Below, in pieces: positions 1 to 8,661 of a stretch of DNA of 24,021 nt (position 1 is its first letter; each line of letters opens with the position of its first letter). The notes beneath the pieces are model-generated. The model ran no database searches, was not told the origin of the DNA, and worked only from the letters and a program-made list of their open reading frames with translations. The DNA is taken from the IMG/VR virus record IMGVR_UViG_3300033433_000009, positions 1-24,021 of that record, one strand, 5' to 3'. Made by a program: the position numbers and the translations under genes. Source of the DNA: a virus (taxonomy: Duplodnaviria > Caudoviricetes).

Positions 1-1230
1 GGATGTCGGGGCCGAATAAAATTTAACCCTGACTTGATACTGATCTGGTGTAAGACCTTTGATTGCATAGGTCTTACGGATAGCCGATGTCGTACTACCG
101 GTGATAGTGGTGTACGATGCCGAATATGTTGATGGCACGCCATACCACCAGTCACCTTCGACGGCCTGTATCAAAACCGATCCGGCTGGTAAGGTGGCAG
201 AATATTCGCCAAGTGCCGAGCCGCCAACCGCAGCGTAGTGCTGATACAGCGCGTTATCTACTGGTTTGTATCGCCAGACCCCAGAATACCCAGTTATAAG
301 CCCCGGATCACCAAATCGGTGCCATGAGGCCCCGTCAACGGAATACTCAATCACGACCTGGACTGAATTGGTTGTGATAGTGCCTTTGTTGTCAGCATAC
401 CACAAGCCTGATGGAAAAAGCAAACACACCGTCAACGAGGTGACGGCCGTACCATCAGTGGTCACCGTACGGTAACTTGTGCCGAGCAGTTGCAGGCTTA
501 CTGATTTTGTGTATCGGGTATCAGTCCAGTCGTATAAACACGCCTGATAATTGTGCCCATGCGTTACCTGGCACGATGATCCCGAAAAATTATCAATCGA
601 CTCGCCGTTAATGCGGATCTCGCTAACCGATGTCAACTCTCCATCATTGAGCGCATAAAGCAAATGGAGGTACTGCTTATCGTCAACAGTCTCAATGTAC
701 CGGCCAATTAATGGCGGAGTTACTTTGATCGTTCCGTAGACTTTCGGGAGCGAGGCTCCTTGCGTTACGACGTTTGATGCAGGTGCCCAGCCATAAGTTT
801 GTGATGTCTGAAATGCCCCTGCATCAACTTTTGCCGGAGGAAGGATTGCGTTAATTAGTAACGCTCCGCCCATGGTTACCCCTGCCGCAATCATTGATCC
901 TGTTGCCGTAAGCGCTCCCGTAGCGGAAGCAAACCCAAGAGAACCAACAAGCGCCGGCGCCGCAAAAATTGCAATCGAAAGCAACGCTACGGTGCGGATA
1001 ATGTCTTTTGGTCCATCCCCTTGAGGAACAAGCAAAAGCGCAATACTATCACTCTCCGCAATATCAAAATCACCATCGGTGATTATCCCGTTGCGTGATA
1101 CCACGACCTCATAAATCGATGGATCAAACTCCATCGCGGCAATCACATCGCTTACACAGCCACCCTCGATTGTCCTGGTTGTGCGGGATAGTGGGTCAAG
1201 TGGATTGTAGTATGTGACTAAGGCTGCCAT
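1..1230 (-). CDS. Tail tip / host-specificity protein: lambda gpI-like N-terminus fused to gpJ-like central fibre (3' part runs off the window)
   Basis: Missing from the ORF track because it has no stop in the window. Manual translation from ATG at 1230, overlapping the NlpC stop: MAALVTYYNPLDPLSR...LLLVPQGDGPKDIIRTVALLSIAIFAAP...GGALLINAILPP...TYGWAPASNVVTQGASLPKVYGT...KQYLHLLYALNDGE; the same frame reads KGLTPDQYQVRVKF at the left edge. Confidence 0.85.
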   Translation of the reverse strand, partial: MAALVTYYNPLDPLSRTTRTIEGGCVSDVIAAMEFDPSIYEVVVSRNGIITDGDFDIAESDSIALLLVPQGDGPKDIIRTVALLSIAIFAAPALVGSLGFASATGALTATGSMIAAGVTMGGALLINAILPPAKVDAGAFQTSQTYGWAPASNVVTQGASLPKVYGTIKVTPPLIGRYIETVDDKQYLHLLYALNDGELTSVSEIRINGESIDNFSGSSCQVTHGHNYQACLYDWTDTRYTKSVSLQLLGTSYRTVTTDGTAVTSLTVCLLFPSGLWYADNKGTITTNSVQVVIEYSVDGASWHRFGDPGLITGYSGVWRYKPVDNALYQHYAAVGGSALGEYSATLPAGSVLIQAVEGDWWYGVPSTYSASYTTITGSTTSAIRKTYAIKGLTPDQYQVRVKFYSAPTS

Positions 1231-1601
1231 GCGTGATAGTTTATGATTGACCACCTGACGGAGTCGATAGACACCAGGTGCGATCCCACGGATTTAAGTG
1301 TGTGCAAAATCTTGCCAGCAATGTAGATCCCGAAATGGTTGACCATCTTCGGTGCTCTTGGATTATTGGCCATAGCCACAACCGCAAAATCAGCTGCAGA
1401 TGATACTGTCCAATGTTGTTGTCGTGCGTTGATGTACTGCGCAAAGATTCTGGCTTTGTCATCCGGACTGATGTTAAAACCCGGCAACTCTATCATCAAC
1501 TCAGTGCGATAAAATAGCCGGATCAACCCGTAACAATCGGCGCCATCAAACCCGGATTGACGAGGCGAAAACGGGATCCCTATATAGTTTCTCAGGCTCA
1601 T
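1218..1601 (-). CDS. NlpC/P60 tail tip peptidase (gpK-like, no JAB domain)
   Basis: YIGIPF...GADCYGL (Cys)...NHFGIY (His)...ILHT; start moved to MSLRNY at 1601 (ATGA overlap with the gpL stop). Confidence 0.88.
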   Translation of the reverse strand: MSLRNYIGIPFSPRQSGFDGADCYGLIRLFYRTELMIELPGFNISPDDKARIFAQYINARQQHWTVSSAADFAVVAMANNPRAPKMVNHFGIYIAGKILHTLKSVGSHLVSIDSVRWSIINYHAWQP

Positions 1602-2209
1602 ATCCGTAGACCTTTCCCGATCCCAGGGAATCCCCCAAACCGGGCAGAATTCGTAAAAGCCCGGCAAGCAGAGAGCGTTTTTTCGCACGACGTCCCGAAA
1701 CCACTATATCCGCACTCACTCCCTTTAAATTTCCAACCACAAAAGTTTTGCAAGATTCGGCGACGAGGGAACCTCAGCGTAAACGGAGATGAGGCCCCAA
1801 GCTTGAAAGCAGCCCACTTCGAAGAAGTTGACCAGCTTGTAAGAGTAAAGTATTCCGTCATAATCGCCGACGACAAGTCAACCGTACTCACCACATAGCA
1901 GGTGCAGGAGATCTCGTTTCCGCTGATACCGTTTGCTTTGAGGTACGTGTCGTAATCTTGCAAGTAGCTCTCGATAATCCGTGACGAATTATCAATCTGT
2001 ATTTGCCACTGAGGGACCTCTCCCTTCGCCGCAGTCGTCAGCTCCGACAACTGAAACGGAAACGGCAGATAGGTCTCACCGGCAAAAACAAGATTTTCGT
2101 TGTTGCTACACAGCCGGACATACCCGGTTGCCGGGATGTTGATTTCCAGCAGCACAGCGATCACACTATCGCTTGACAGCGCGTTGATATCAGCAATAAT
2201 TGCGCTCAT
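1598..2209 (-). CDS. Minor tail protein L-like (Fe-S binding C-terminus)
   Basis: C-terminal four-Cys motif CGWKFKGSECGY...SCEKTLSAC and FGGFPG ending; position after gpM. Confidence 0.85.
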   Translation of the reverse strand: MSAIIADINALSSDSVIAVLLEINIPATGYVRLCSNNENLVFAGETYLPFPFQLSELTTAAKGEVPQWQIQIDNSSRIIESYLQDYDTYLKANGISGNEISCTCYVVSTVDLSSAIMTEYFTLTSWSTSSKWAAFKLGASSPFTLRFPRRRILQNFCGWKFKGSECGYSGFGTSCEKTLSACRAFTNSARFGGFPGIGKGLRI

Positions 2210-2529
2210 AGCTCCTCAAGTATTACAGTGTATTCCGAATATCCACCAAACATCGACCGTTTAAGACGATCCATCCCATAAACGACAATGTGGGTTATGC
2301 CGGTTTCTTGGTGCAGCCAGGTAAACGAGCTACCCTGATTGCCGTTAAAATGCCCTTTAATCGTCTCATAGTCCGAGTTAGGAGTCCGGAAAATGAGCGT
2401 AAACACCTCTCTTTTTTTTGTCGATCCCCGGCGGACCCGGATATAGTTGCCCTCGGATTCCGTTTTGATGATCGGGATGATATACTCTTCGCTGCTGCCT
2501 CGACGGTACCTGATTGCCGGAAACACCAT
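2206..2529 (-). CDS. Distal tail protein, lambda gpM-like
   Basis: 107 aa directly after the tape measure; F-x-W motif (GSSFTWLH); coupled to both neighbours. Confidence 0.7.
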   Translation of the reverse strand: MVFPAIRYRRGSSEEYIIPIIKTESEGNYIRVRRGSTKKREVFTLIFRTPNSDYETIKGHFNGNQGSSFTWLHQETGITHIVVYGMDRLKRSMFGGYSEYTVILEEL

Positions 2530-5069
2530 TACCTTCCTCCTGTTATCATATCCCGCAACCCGTGCCGGTTACGAGATATCCCGTCAATCACTACAGACAA
2601 AATCATATCATCACCTCTCATCTCCGACGTAGATGAGGTTATCGCCAAATCCTGACCACCCTGATTAATAATCTCCACTTTAACCACGCCAGGCGACGAC
2701 GCCCGTTGACCGCCCCGAAAATCAACAGGGATCGACCTGCCGTCTGGCAGCGGGACTATTGCTTCGGACTGTCCACCCTCAGCGACGCGGACAATCTGGC
2801 CGCCCTGCGTCGGAGCAACAACGCCGCCTGTCGCATACTTTTTGAGCGGCATCTCACCATACGGAGTCATCACTCCACCATCAGCAAAAGCTCGCGTGTA
2901 GGCACTGCCATCAGTGCTCAGTGACCACCCGCTTGCAGATCCAAAAACATTAGATGCTGCTGGTGACAACGCACTTGCGATAAGCCCTTTTAACGGTGAG
3001 ATAATGGACGACTGTATCGCCATCTGTGTCACCATTTGCAGAAATGATCGACCTATATCCGCAAAGTTGGCTTTCGCACTCCACACTAGGTCAGTCAACT
3101 GACCATCAAGAGTGTCAACCCAACTTGTAAAGTTTTTCGCGAACTCTGACTGCAAGCTATGCTTTGCCTCTGAGAGGTCGTCAAGCTTACTCTTGATCAA
3201 CTGCCCAACAGCAGAATCCATCCCGACGCCTGCCCGTTTTAAGTACGACTCAAGCGCGTACTCTTGTTGAGTCATAGACTGCTTGCGTAGCCGATCATCA
3301 AGCTCCAGCATCACCTTTGATACTTCCGCAGCGCTATCTTGCGCCGCAACCAGCTCATCAAGCGCAGCAACTTTCCGCCGGATAGCATCGGCCTGTGCAC
3401 CATTCAGCGGGATCCCCGCCTGAACAATTTTATGGTACACCTCGTACTCTTTTGCTGATGAGGTGAGTTTTATTCGTTCATCGTCAAGCCCCGCTATGAC
3501 GCGATCATATGCCGATGCACTCGGCGAGTGCGAGCTGGTGGATCCAGTTCCGACTCGAGGATACGACCGTGGTGGCGGAGGAGGAGGGGGCGGGGGCGGT
3601 GGTGGAGGAGCCTTTTGAGCTGCGGGAACCACCGCAGGCTGAGCCACTTTTTTTATCGCTTCAGTCGCAGCAATCTTGTCCGTAAGGGCGAGATATCCAT
3701 TACCCAAAAAGCCAGCCGACCCAAGTCGCAATTTTGCATTCACAAACCGCTCAAACCGTTCGATCATTGTCGGCAACCCCGATACAACCGTGCCGATCTG
3801 CGTGCCGACCCAACCGATCATTTCGCCGGTACCCTGCATCGCAATCGTCACGCTGCGGGCGGCCCGCTCCATGTCCGACATATCACTGACCAGCTTCGTA
3901 GCGTCATCGCTGAACCCGTAAGTCACCCCGGCTAACACATCTTTAATCCCAACCAGCGAGTCCCGGAAAAGGTCGCTGTTAATCATCGCATCACCAATCT
4001 CATTTTTAACCGATACGAAAGCAGCTTTAGCCTGCTCTTGCAAAAATGCCGACGAATCAGCCATCTGCCTAAACGCCTTGTCCGTTGCTCCAGCATTATC
4101 AGCCATCTGCTTAAGGTCCTCTGCGTAAGTCTGCGCCGCAGTACCAACCAGCGGCATAATCGCCCTCAGCGCCTCCTCTCTGAGGAAAAGCTTGTTAATC
4201 GAGACCCCTGACGCATCACTTGCCTTTTCCACCAATGCGAGAGCACCCGTCAACCCTCCGCCCGTCTTGATCAAATTATCTGACTCAATACCAGCCAGCT
4301 TGAGCGCAGCAACCAGCTCCTTGCTCGGCTTTGATAGCTCCATAATCGACGCAGAGATCGACGTTGACGCCACCGACGTTGACTGCCCCTGTACCGTCAA
4401 AGCAGCAAGAGCAGCTCCAACCTCATGCACCGAAACACCCATAGGCGCAGCCACCGCAGCGACCACGCCAAACTGGGTTCCAAGCTCATCCATTGTCGTT
4501 TTTCCGAGCTTGACAATCGTAAACAAATCGTCCGACACCGCCCGCGCATCCGAAGCTTTGAGCTGGTACGCGCTGATCACCGTTGTCAAAACATCCGCAG
4601 ATGTCGCCACCGATGTCACACCACCAACCGCCAGCTTGGCACTCTCCGAAAGCAGCAACGCGGAATCAGCCGCCCCTGTAAACCCGCTCGAAACAATATC
4701 GTACCGCGCCTTGGTAAGCGTATCCATCGATTGTCCAAACTCGACAGACATCGCCTCCAACTCACTACGCATACTCTTAAGCGCACCCTCAGTAACATTG
4801 TCCATAAGGGTACCGATCTCTCTGATACCCTTATCAACCCGCATAGCCGACTGCGCCACATCGTTGAGAGCATACACAACGGCACCAATCGCCGCCGCTC
4901 CGGCCGCAAACTTTTCGAGCGAACCTGCAGCTCCGTCAAACGAATGAGCTGCTCCATCCGACGAATGGCCAACATGCTGCAAATCATCATCAAACGCCCG
5001 GAATCCAGAACCATCAGCCACAGCATCGAGCTGAACCTTAATCTGTATGTCGTTTGATGATAAAGCCAT
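2529..5069 (-). CDS. Tail tape measure protein (TP901-type core, lambda-H-like C-terminus)
   Basis: 846 aa, Ala/Gly-rich and helical; ARYDIVSSG, LGKTTMDEL, FADGGV, VAEGGQSEAIVPL motifs; follows the tail chaperones. Confidence 0.95.
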   Translation of the reverse strand: MALSSNDIQIKVQLDAVADGSGFRAFDDDLQHVGHSSDGAAHSFDGAAGSLEKFAAGAAAIGAVVYALNDVAQSAMRVDKGIREIGTLMDNVTEGALKSMRSELEAMSVEFGQSMDTLTKARYDIVSSGFTGAADSALLLSESAKLAVGGVTSVATSADVLTTVISAYQLKASDARAVSDDLFTIVKLGKTTMDELGTQFGVVAAVAAPMGVSVHEVGAALAALTVQGQSTSVASTSISASIMELSKPSKELVAALKLAGIESDNLIKTGGGLTGALALVEKASDASGVSINKLFLREEALRAIMPLVGTAAQTYAEDLKQMADNAGATDKAFRQMADSSAFLQEQAKAAFVSVKNEIGDAMINSDLFRDSLVGIKDVLAGVTYGFSDDATKLVSDMSDMERAARSVTIAMQGTGEMIGWVGTQIGTVVSGLPTMIERFERFVNAKLRLGSAGFLGNGYLALTDKIAATEAIKKVAQPAVVPAAQKAPPPPPPPPPPPPPRSYPRVGTGSTSSHSPSASAYDRVIAGLDDERIKLTSSAKEYEVYHKIVQAGIPLNGAQADAIRRKVAALDELVAAQDSAAEVSKVMLELDDRLRKQSMTQQEYALESYLKRAGVGMDSAVGQLIKSKLDDLSEAKHSLQSEFAKNFTSWVDTLDGQLTDLVWSAKANFADIGRSFLQMVTQMAIQSSIISPLKGLIASALSPAASNVFGSASGWSLSTDGSAYTRAFADGGVMTPYGEMPLKKYATGGVVAPTQGGQIVRVAEGGQSEAIVPLPDGRSIPVDFRGGQRASSPGVVKVEIINQGGQDLAITSSTSEMRGDDMILSVVIDGISRNRHGLRDMITGGR
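3570..3608 (-). repeat. Poly-proline tract (13 Pro codons) within the tape measure
   Basis: 13 consecutive CCN codons using all four Pro codons. Confidence 0.95.
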
Positions 5070-5072
5070 TGA

Positions 5073-5264
5073 TCAATTCCCGTTTCGCCGTTTAGCCTCC
5101 TCTAAAGCCTCCTCCTCATACTCCTGATTGAGCTTGTGAAACTCTTTCCAGTGAACAAACTCATCCATCGTCATCTCTCGCTTCCACTCTGCCACAGTTC
5201 GGCCACCTAACTTTTCAGCCAGCCAGAACCAGGTGTACAGTCCTGGCTGGTTTCTTAGTTTCCC
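5073..5264 (-). CDS. Tail assembly chaperone gpT extension (expressed as G-T fusion by -1 frameshift)
   Basis: The -1 frame from GGGAAAC reads LRNQPGLYTWFWLAEKLGGRTVAEWKREMTMDEFVHWKEF...RRNGN-stop(5073), ending 3 nt before the tape measure ATG; gpT-like LA..LG.TV.E...M...E...W pattern. Confidence 0.88.
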   Translation of the reverse strand, partial: GKLRNQPGLYTWFWLAEKLGGRTVAEWKREMTMDEFVHWKEFHKLNQEYEEEALEEAKRRNGN

Positions 5265-5587
5265 TCCGCAACAGCCGATGGCGTTACAGCACTGATCGCC
5301 CTGGCAAGCCGTCCCGTAGTCTCAACAAAGCCCTTGCTCATCAGGACATCGATATCCTCATCGGAAAACACCCGGGCTCCCTGGGCATTAAGCGCAGTCG
5401 ACACAATAAGCTGCGCATTGCGACGTGGTCCCGTAGCCTTCTCATCAAGCAGATTGTTCGCGACGTCATACTGTTCACCAGTCACCGGCTTATAGTATAT
5501 TTTTTCATTTTCCCACTCAGGAACAACAATGTCGAGCAGCGGAAGAGCGTCATAAATCCGCGCAATTTTTTCAATCAACCGTCCCAT
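5255..5587 (-). CDS. Tail assembly chaperone gpG-like
   Basis: 110 aa between tail tube and tape measure; IVVPEW, G.RVFSDED motifs; slippery site at the 3' end. Confidence 0.85.
   Translation of the reverse strand: MGRLIEKIARIYDALPLLDIVVPEWENEKIYYKPVTGEQYDVANNLLDEKATGPRRNAQLIVSTALNAQGARVFSDEDIDVLMSKGFVETTGRLARAISAVTPSAVAEGN
5258..5264 (-). promoter_or_regulatory. -1 ribosomal frameshift slippery heptamer G GGA AAC
   Basis: GAG GGA AAC TAA at the end of gpG; same class as lambda G GGA AAG. Confidence 0.9.
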
Positions 5588-5593
5588 AAAAAT

Positions 5594-5638
5594 CCTGTTA
5601 ATTACCTGTTAAATAAGATTTGAACACAATTTGAACAC
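5594..5638. repeat. Two pairs of short direct repeats with 11-bp period (CCTGTTAA x2; ATTTGAACAC x2)
   Basis: CCTGTTAA at 5594 and 5605; ATTTGAACAC at 5618 and 5629; in the tail tube/chaperone spacer. Confidence 0.75.
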
Positions 5639-5645
5639 TAACAAA

Positions 5646-6065
5646 TCAAGCCGAGAACGTCCCCGGAGTCAACCCACCGGACACTTTCAGCACATACGTG
5701 CGGGTAACAATATCCTTCTTGTTGAGCGTCTCTTTTCCTACAGACTGCACGAGTGCACTGCCTGTCTGTTTTGTTGACCCGGTTGTACTTCCTTCCGGGG
5801 CGACAGTGATCGCAAGGAAGGACTTTGCGGCATGAGCGGTGTTCAGCGCCAACTGCCCGTTTGTATCAGTCGTCTTTTTCTCCACGGTAACAGTGATTGT
5901 CGCGGCCGCCTGCCCTCCGGGATACACCACCGGCGGATCGTCATCAAGATTGTCACTTTCAGTGACGACGATATCACCATAATCGAGCTCAATCGACCTA
6001 ACACCCTGCACCCATGATGGCGATGCTCCAATACCGATTTTTGCGTTTTTTCCAAGCATACCCAT
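5646..6065 (-). CDS. Major tail tube protein
   Basis: 139 aa, beta-rich; GKNAKI N-terminus, V.PEG...G...TG.ALV motif; immediately upstream of the chaperones. Confidence 0.78.
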   Translation of the reverse strand: MGMLGKNAKIGIGASPSWVQGVRSIELDYGDIVVTESDNLDDDPPVVYPGGQAAATITVTVEKKTTDTNGQLALNTAHAAKSFLAITVAPEGSTTGSTKQTGSALVQSVGKETLNKKDIVTRTYVLKVSGGLTPGTFSA

Positions 6066-6068
6066 AGC

Positions 6069-6254
6069 TTAGCTCTCCTTACTTTTGATTGTTACTGGTT
6101 TTTCCGTTACTGGCGTAACTACCGGAGCCACCGGATCCGGAACCTCCTCCCACCCTAAAGATTTCAACCGCGAAACATGACCTATAGGATAATCAATTAC
6201 ATGCTGCATAACTCCGGACGCAGGATCCTTGAGAAATACCCCCTTAACCTTCAT
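6069..6254 (-). CDS. Small hypothetical phage protein
   Basis: GGAGG SD upstream; fills the gap; Pro/Val/Lys-rich tail. Confidence 0.6.
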   Translation of the reverse strand: MKVKGVFLKDPASGVMQHVIDYPIGHVSRLKSLGWEEVPDPVAPVVTPVTEKPVTIKSKES

Positions 6255-6266
6255 TTCCAGCCTCCA

Positions 6267-6707
6267 TTATATTATTGCAATCTCAGCCGACCCATCGGCT
6301 GTCTGATACTCAACCTTATAAACAATCTCTCTTACCGTGTGCCGGAAAGCAGCACTATCCTTGTACGTCCTCGTTGCACCCTCATACACCACCGCAAGCG
6401 CCAACCCGTCAAAATATCCGCCCTCCGAATCACGGTAAAGAGCAGCCTCGACCTCCGCCAAACTCTGAGCAGAAATATCAAAATCATCACCCGCAACAAA
6501 AACCTTAATCAGCAGCTCAACCGCTTTGGTCGTCGCATCAAGAGTCCCTCCAGCATTAGTCTCATTCCCCAGGGCCACACACAGCCCCGGCATAGTCTCC
6601 GGAGTCTCCGGATGCATCGACCCTCGATAGACTTTTGCCCCTGTTGTCGCGAGCCCAGTTAACAGACTCTTAACCCGCGCTAAAATCTGTGACTGAACGT
6701 GGCTCAT
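6267..6707 (-). CDS. Tail terminator / completion protein (siphovirus type)
   Basis: Start MSHVQSQI at 6707 (ATGA overlap); LTGLATTGAKVYRG, LAEVEAAL, Y.VEY.T pattern; upstream of the tail tube. Confidence 0.65.
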   Translation of the reverse strand: MSHVQSQILARVKSLLTGLATTGAKVYRGSMHPETPETMPGLCVALGNETNAGGTLDATTKAVELLIKVFVAGDDFDISAQSLAEVEAALYRDSEGGYFDGLALAVVYEGATRTYKDSAAFRHTVREIVYKVEYQTADGSAEIAII

Positions 6708-7201
6708 ATCGATACCGTTATCTGTACCGGCACCGAAACAATCAACCCATACTCCCAAGCTCCGCCCTTCTCCATCACGTAGTCATCCTGCACCAGCTCG
6801 ATGTAACCGCACGCCCCGTCAGGCTGATGTCCGATCAGTCGCAGGGCGGCCAGATCCAGCATGTCATAGATCCCCGACGAAGCCGCCTCCGGGATGAGCG
6901 TCTCCGAAACCGTGTGCACCTCGAACAACATAGCTCTGTCCTGTACCATCAAGCCCTCCGGATAACGGGGAGACCCGTACTTGCTTCCGAAATACCTGAC
7001 CAGCACCGCACCGGAAGAAGCCAGCGTCTTGAGGGCTTGGTCGTTCGGCTTCGACGGATACGACTTGATCGGTACCGGAACTGTCACAGGAGTTCCTGCA
7101 GGCCCAGCCATCGACCTGGTGATCAGCGCAGGTCCATCCTCACCGAGCTCGGCCTGCAGCCTGGTGATCAACGCCTGCTCTATGTCTGTTATTTGTCCCA
7201 T
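6704..7201 (-). CDS. Mu/BcepMu gp37-family neck / tail-terminator protein
   Basis: IEQALITRLQ...SYP...GAVLVRYFGSKY...QDR...F...LIGHQP...W.Y pattern typical of the Gp37 family. Confidence 0.75.
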   Translation of the reverse strand: MGQITDIEQALITRLQAELGEDGPALITRSMAGPAGTPVTVPVPIKSYPSKPNDQALKTLASSGAVLVRYFGSKYGSPRYPEGLMVQDRAMLFEVHTVSETLIPEAASSGIYDMLDLAALRLIGHQPDGACGYIELVQDDYVMEKGGAWEYGLIVSVPVQITVSI

Positions 7202-7256
7202 TGATACTGTTTCAGTGCCTCAATTCATTGTTGCGAGTCCAGCATTATTGCACGAC

Positions 7257-7460
7257 TCATTCAATTTTTTCCTCCACGACAACATCCGGATCATGCAGAA
7301 TCGTCTCCCGGATATGCCGGGTAATTGCGTCAACCTGACTATCGGAATCCGTATCGACATAACTCCGTGTCACCGGAATCGGTCCAACACTGTAAACATC
7401 AAACGTCACTCGCATGAAGCTATCTCCACGATCCTCCTCATTAATCACATCGTAAAACAT
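7257..7460 (-). CDS. Small acidic hypothetical protein
   Basis: 67 aa, GAGGGG SD, 8 nt after the stop of the 300-aa gene. Confidence 0.6.
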   Translation of the reverse strand: MFYDVINEEDRGDSFMRVTFDVYSVGPIPVTRSYVDTDSDSQVDAITRHIRETILHDPDVVVEEKIE

Positions 7461-7468
7461 TACCCCTC

Positions 7469-8371
7469 CTATGCTGAACGCTTACCGGCAACAGCCGTAA
7501 TGCGCACATCGGTTACTGCGGCACTTATCTGTGCCGTCCAGTTGTTGTTCGAAGCTGCTTGAATAATTGGTGCAGTTCCGATAGGGATTATAACCGTAAG
7601 AGTGGCTGGTGCCATTACGGAGATCCTTACCGTCCCGTTTGTAGCGTCTCTGATGTCAACTCTTACGGCCGTCGCAGAGGTATTTGTGACAATAATCGAA
7701 GTGATATCGACATAAATACCTGCACCACCGGAACTTACCAAAGTTGTCTCCGTGGTACTCGTCAACGTTATCATGTTAGTCAGCATCAGCGCCCTTGGGA
7801 ATATTGGCACAAAAACCGGCTTGCCGAGCAGATCCGTATAAAGGTCTGTACGATCCAAGTTTAGGACTGGAGATGGATCTGCATTACGTCCTTTACCGCC
7901 GATTTTTACCGGATTCCCGGAATCGACAGCATCATGAGCAACAGATCCGGTGATATTCATCGATGTAACCAGCCAATCGATATTATGTTCAACTGTCGAG
8001 AGACGCAGTGATCCGGTGATCACTCCCGAAGTATAAGCAGTACGCCGTACCCGAAAATACTTTAGGTATAGCGGGATGATCCATCCCTGACCTCCCGTAG
8101 ATGGTTGAGATGCGGGGATTCCGCTGGCCGTTTGTACCCCCACAGTGGAATACCAGTTAACCCCATCGGCAGACGCCTGAAAAGTCACCGTTCCGACAAA
8201 TGTCCCTGATAATATCAGCACAGCAACTTTAAAGACAGACACATCCATTGCCGGCACGAGATCGTCATTGAGTGCAGCTGCGCTCAAATTTGGAAACTCC
8301 AGTACCGTCGACGCAACCGGATTTTGCGGCACAGTCGGATTAACGAGCACACCATAAGTTTCAAACCCCAT
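7469..8371 (-). CDS. Beta-rich putative virion accessory protein (head fibre/decoration-like), function unknown
   Basis: 300 aa, Thr/Val/Ser/Gly-rich; SGTFVGTVTFQASADGVNW and VAHDAVDSGNPVKIGG motifs; lies in the late operon. Confidence 0.55.
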   Translation of the reverse strand: MGFETYGVLVNPTVPQNPVASTVLEFPNLSAAALNDDLVPAMDVSVFKVAVLILSGTFVGTVTFQASADGVNWYSTVGVQTASGIPASQPSTGGQGWIIPLYLKYFRVRRTAYTSGVITGSLRLSTVEHNIDWLVTSMNITGSVAHDAVDSGNPVKIGGKGRNADPSPVLNLDRTDLYTDLLGKPVFVPIFPRALMLTNMITLTSTTETTLVSSGGAGIYVDITSIIVTNTSATAVRVDIRDATNGTVRISVMAPATLTVIIPIGTAPIIQAASNNNWTAQISAAVTDVRITAVAGKRSA

Positions 8372-8463
8372 GACTATTCCCCGAATTAAAATTTAGAAAC
8401 AGGCCGAAACAGTCTCCGAGGTGGATGCAGTTCAGCAGATAATCCAAAAGAGTACTCCCGTTT

Positions 8464-8661
8464 TTACTTCCCGTTGATGGCCTGCTGCAGTTCTTCTCTC
8501 GCTGTGTCATCCATCTGGCGCACCTCAGCCAGTTCCGCTTCGGACGGTTCACGGTTCTCCGCCTGCGCCTTGCGCACCAGAGCAACCGCTTTTCCAGCCA
8601 TACCAAGCAACTTTCCGCCGAACGAAATCAGCGATTCAATCGTCTTCCACAACTCAATCAT
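8464..8661 (-). CDS. Small amphipathic-helix protein of the lysis cassette (possible spanin partner)
   Basis: 65 aa, ATGA-coupled to the lipoprotein; GGAGG SD; amphipathic N-terminus, acidic helical C-terminus. Confidence 0.6.
   Translation of the reverse strand: MIELWKTIESLISFGGKLLGMAGKAVALVRKAQAENREPSEAELAEVRQMDDTAREELQQAINGK

Noticed and set aside
1602-1688. N-terminal extensions in the ORF track (NlpC to 1688, terminator to 6758, terS from 13061, GemA to 19776)
   Set aside because: They overlap upstream genes extensively; downstream ATGs give typical coupling and family-like N-termini
4192-5057. Long + strand ORFs (251 and 210 aa) opposite the tape measure, and similar antisense ORFs throughout (e.g. 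6981-7562, 11120-11599, 16502-17128)
   Set aside because: Shadow frames of well-supported genes; no motifs or RBS; composition typical of antisense translation
8361-8606. Overlapping 81-aa ORF as a nested o-spanin or holin
   Set aside because: No lipobox or TM segment; Arg-rich off-frame composition
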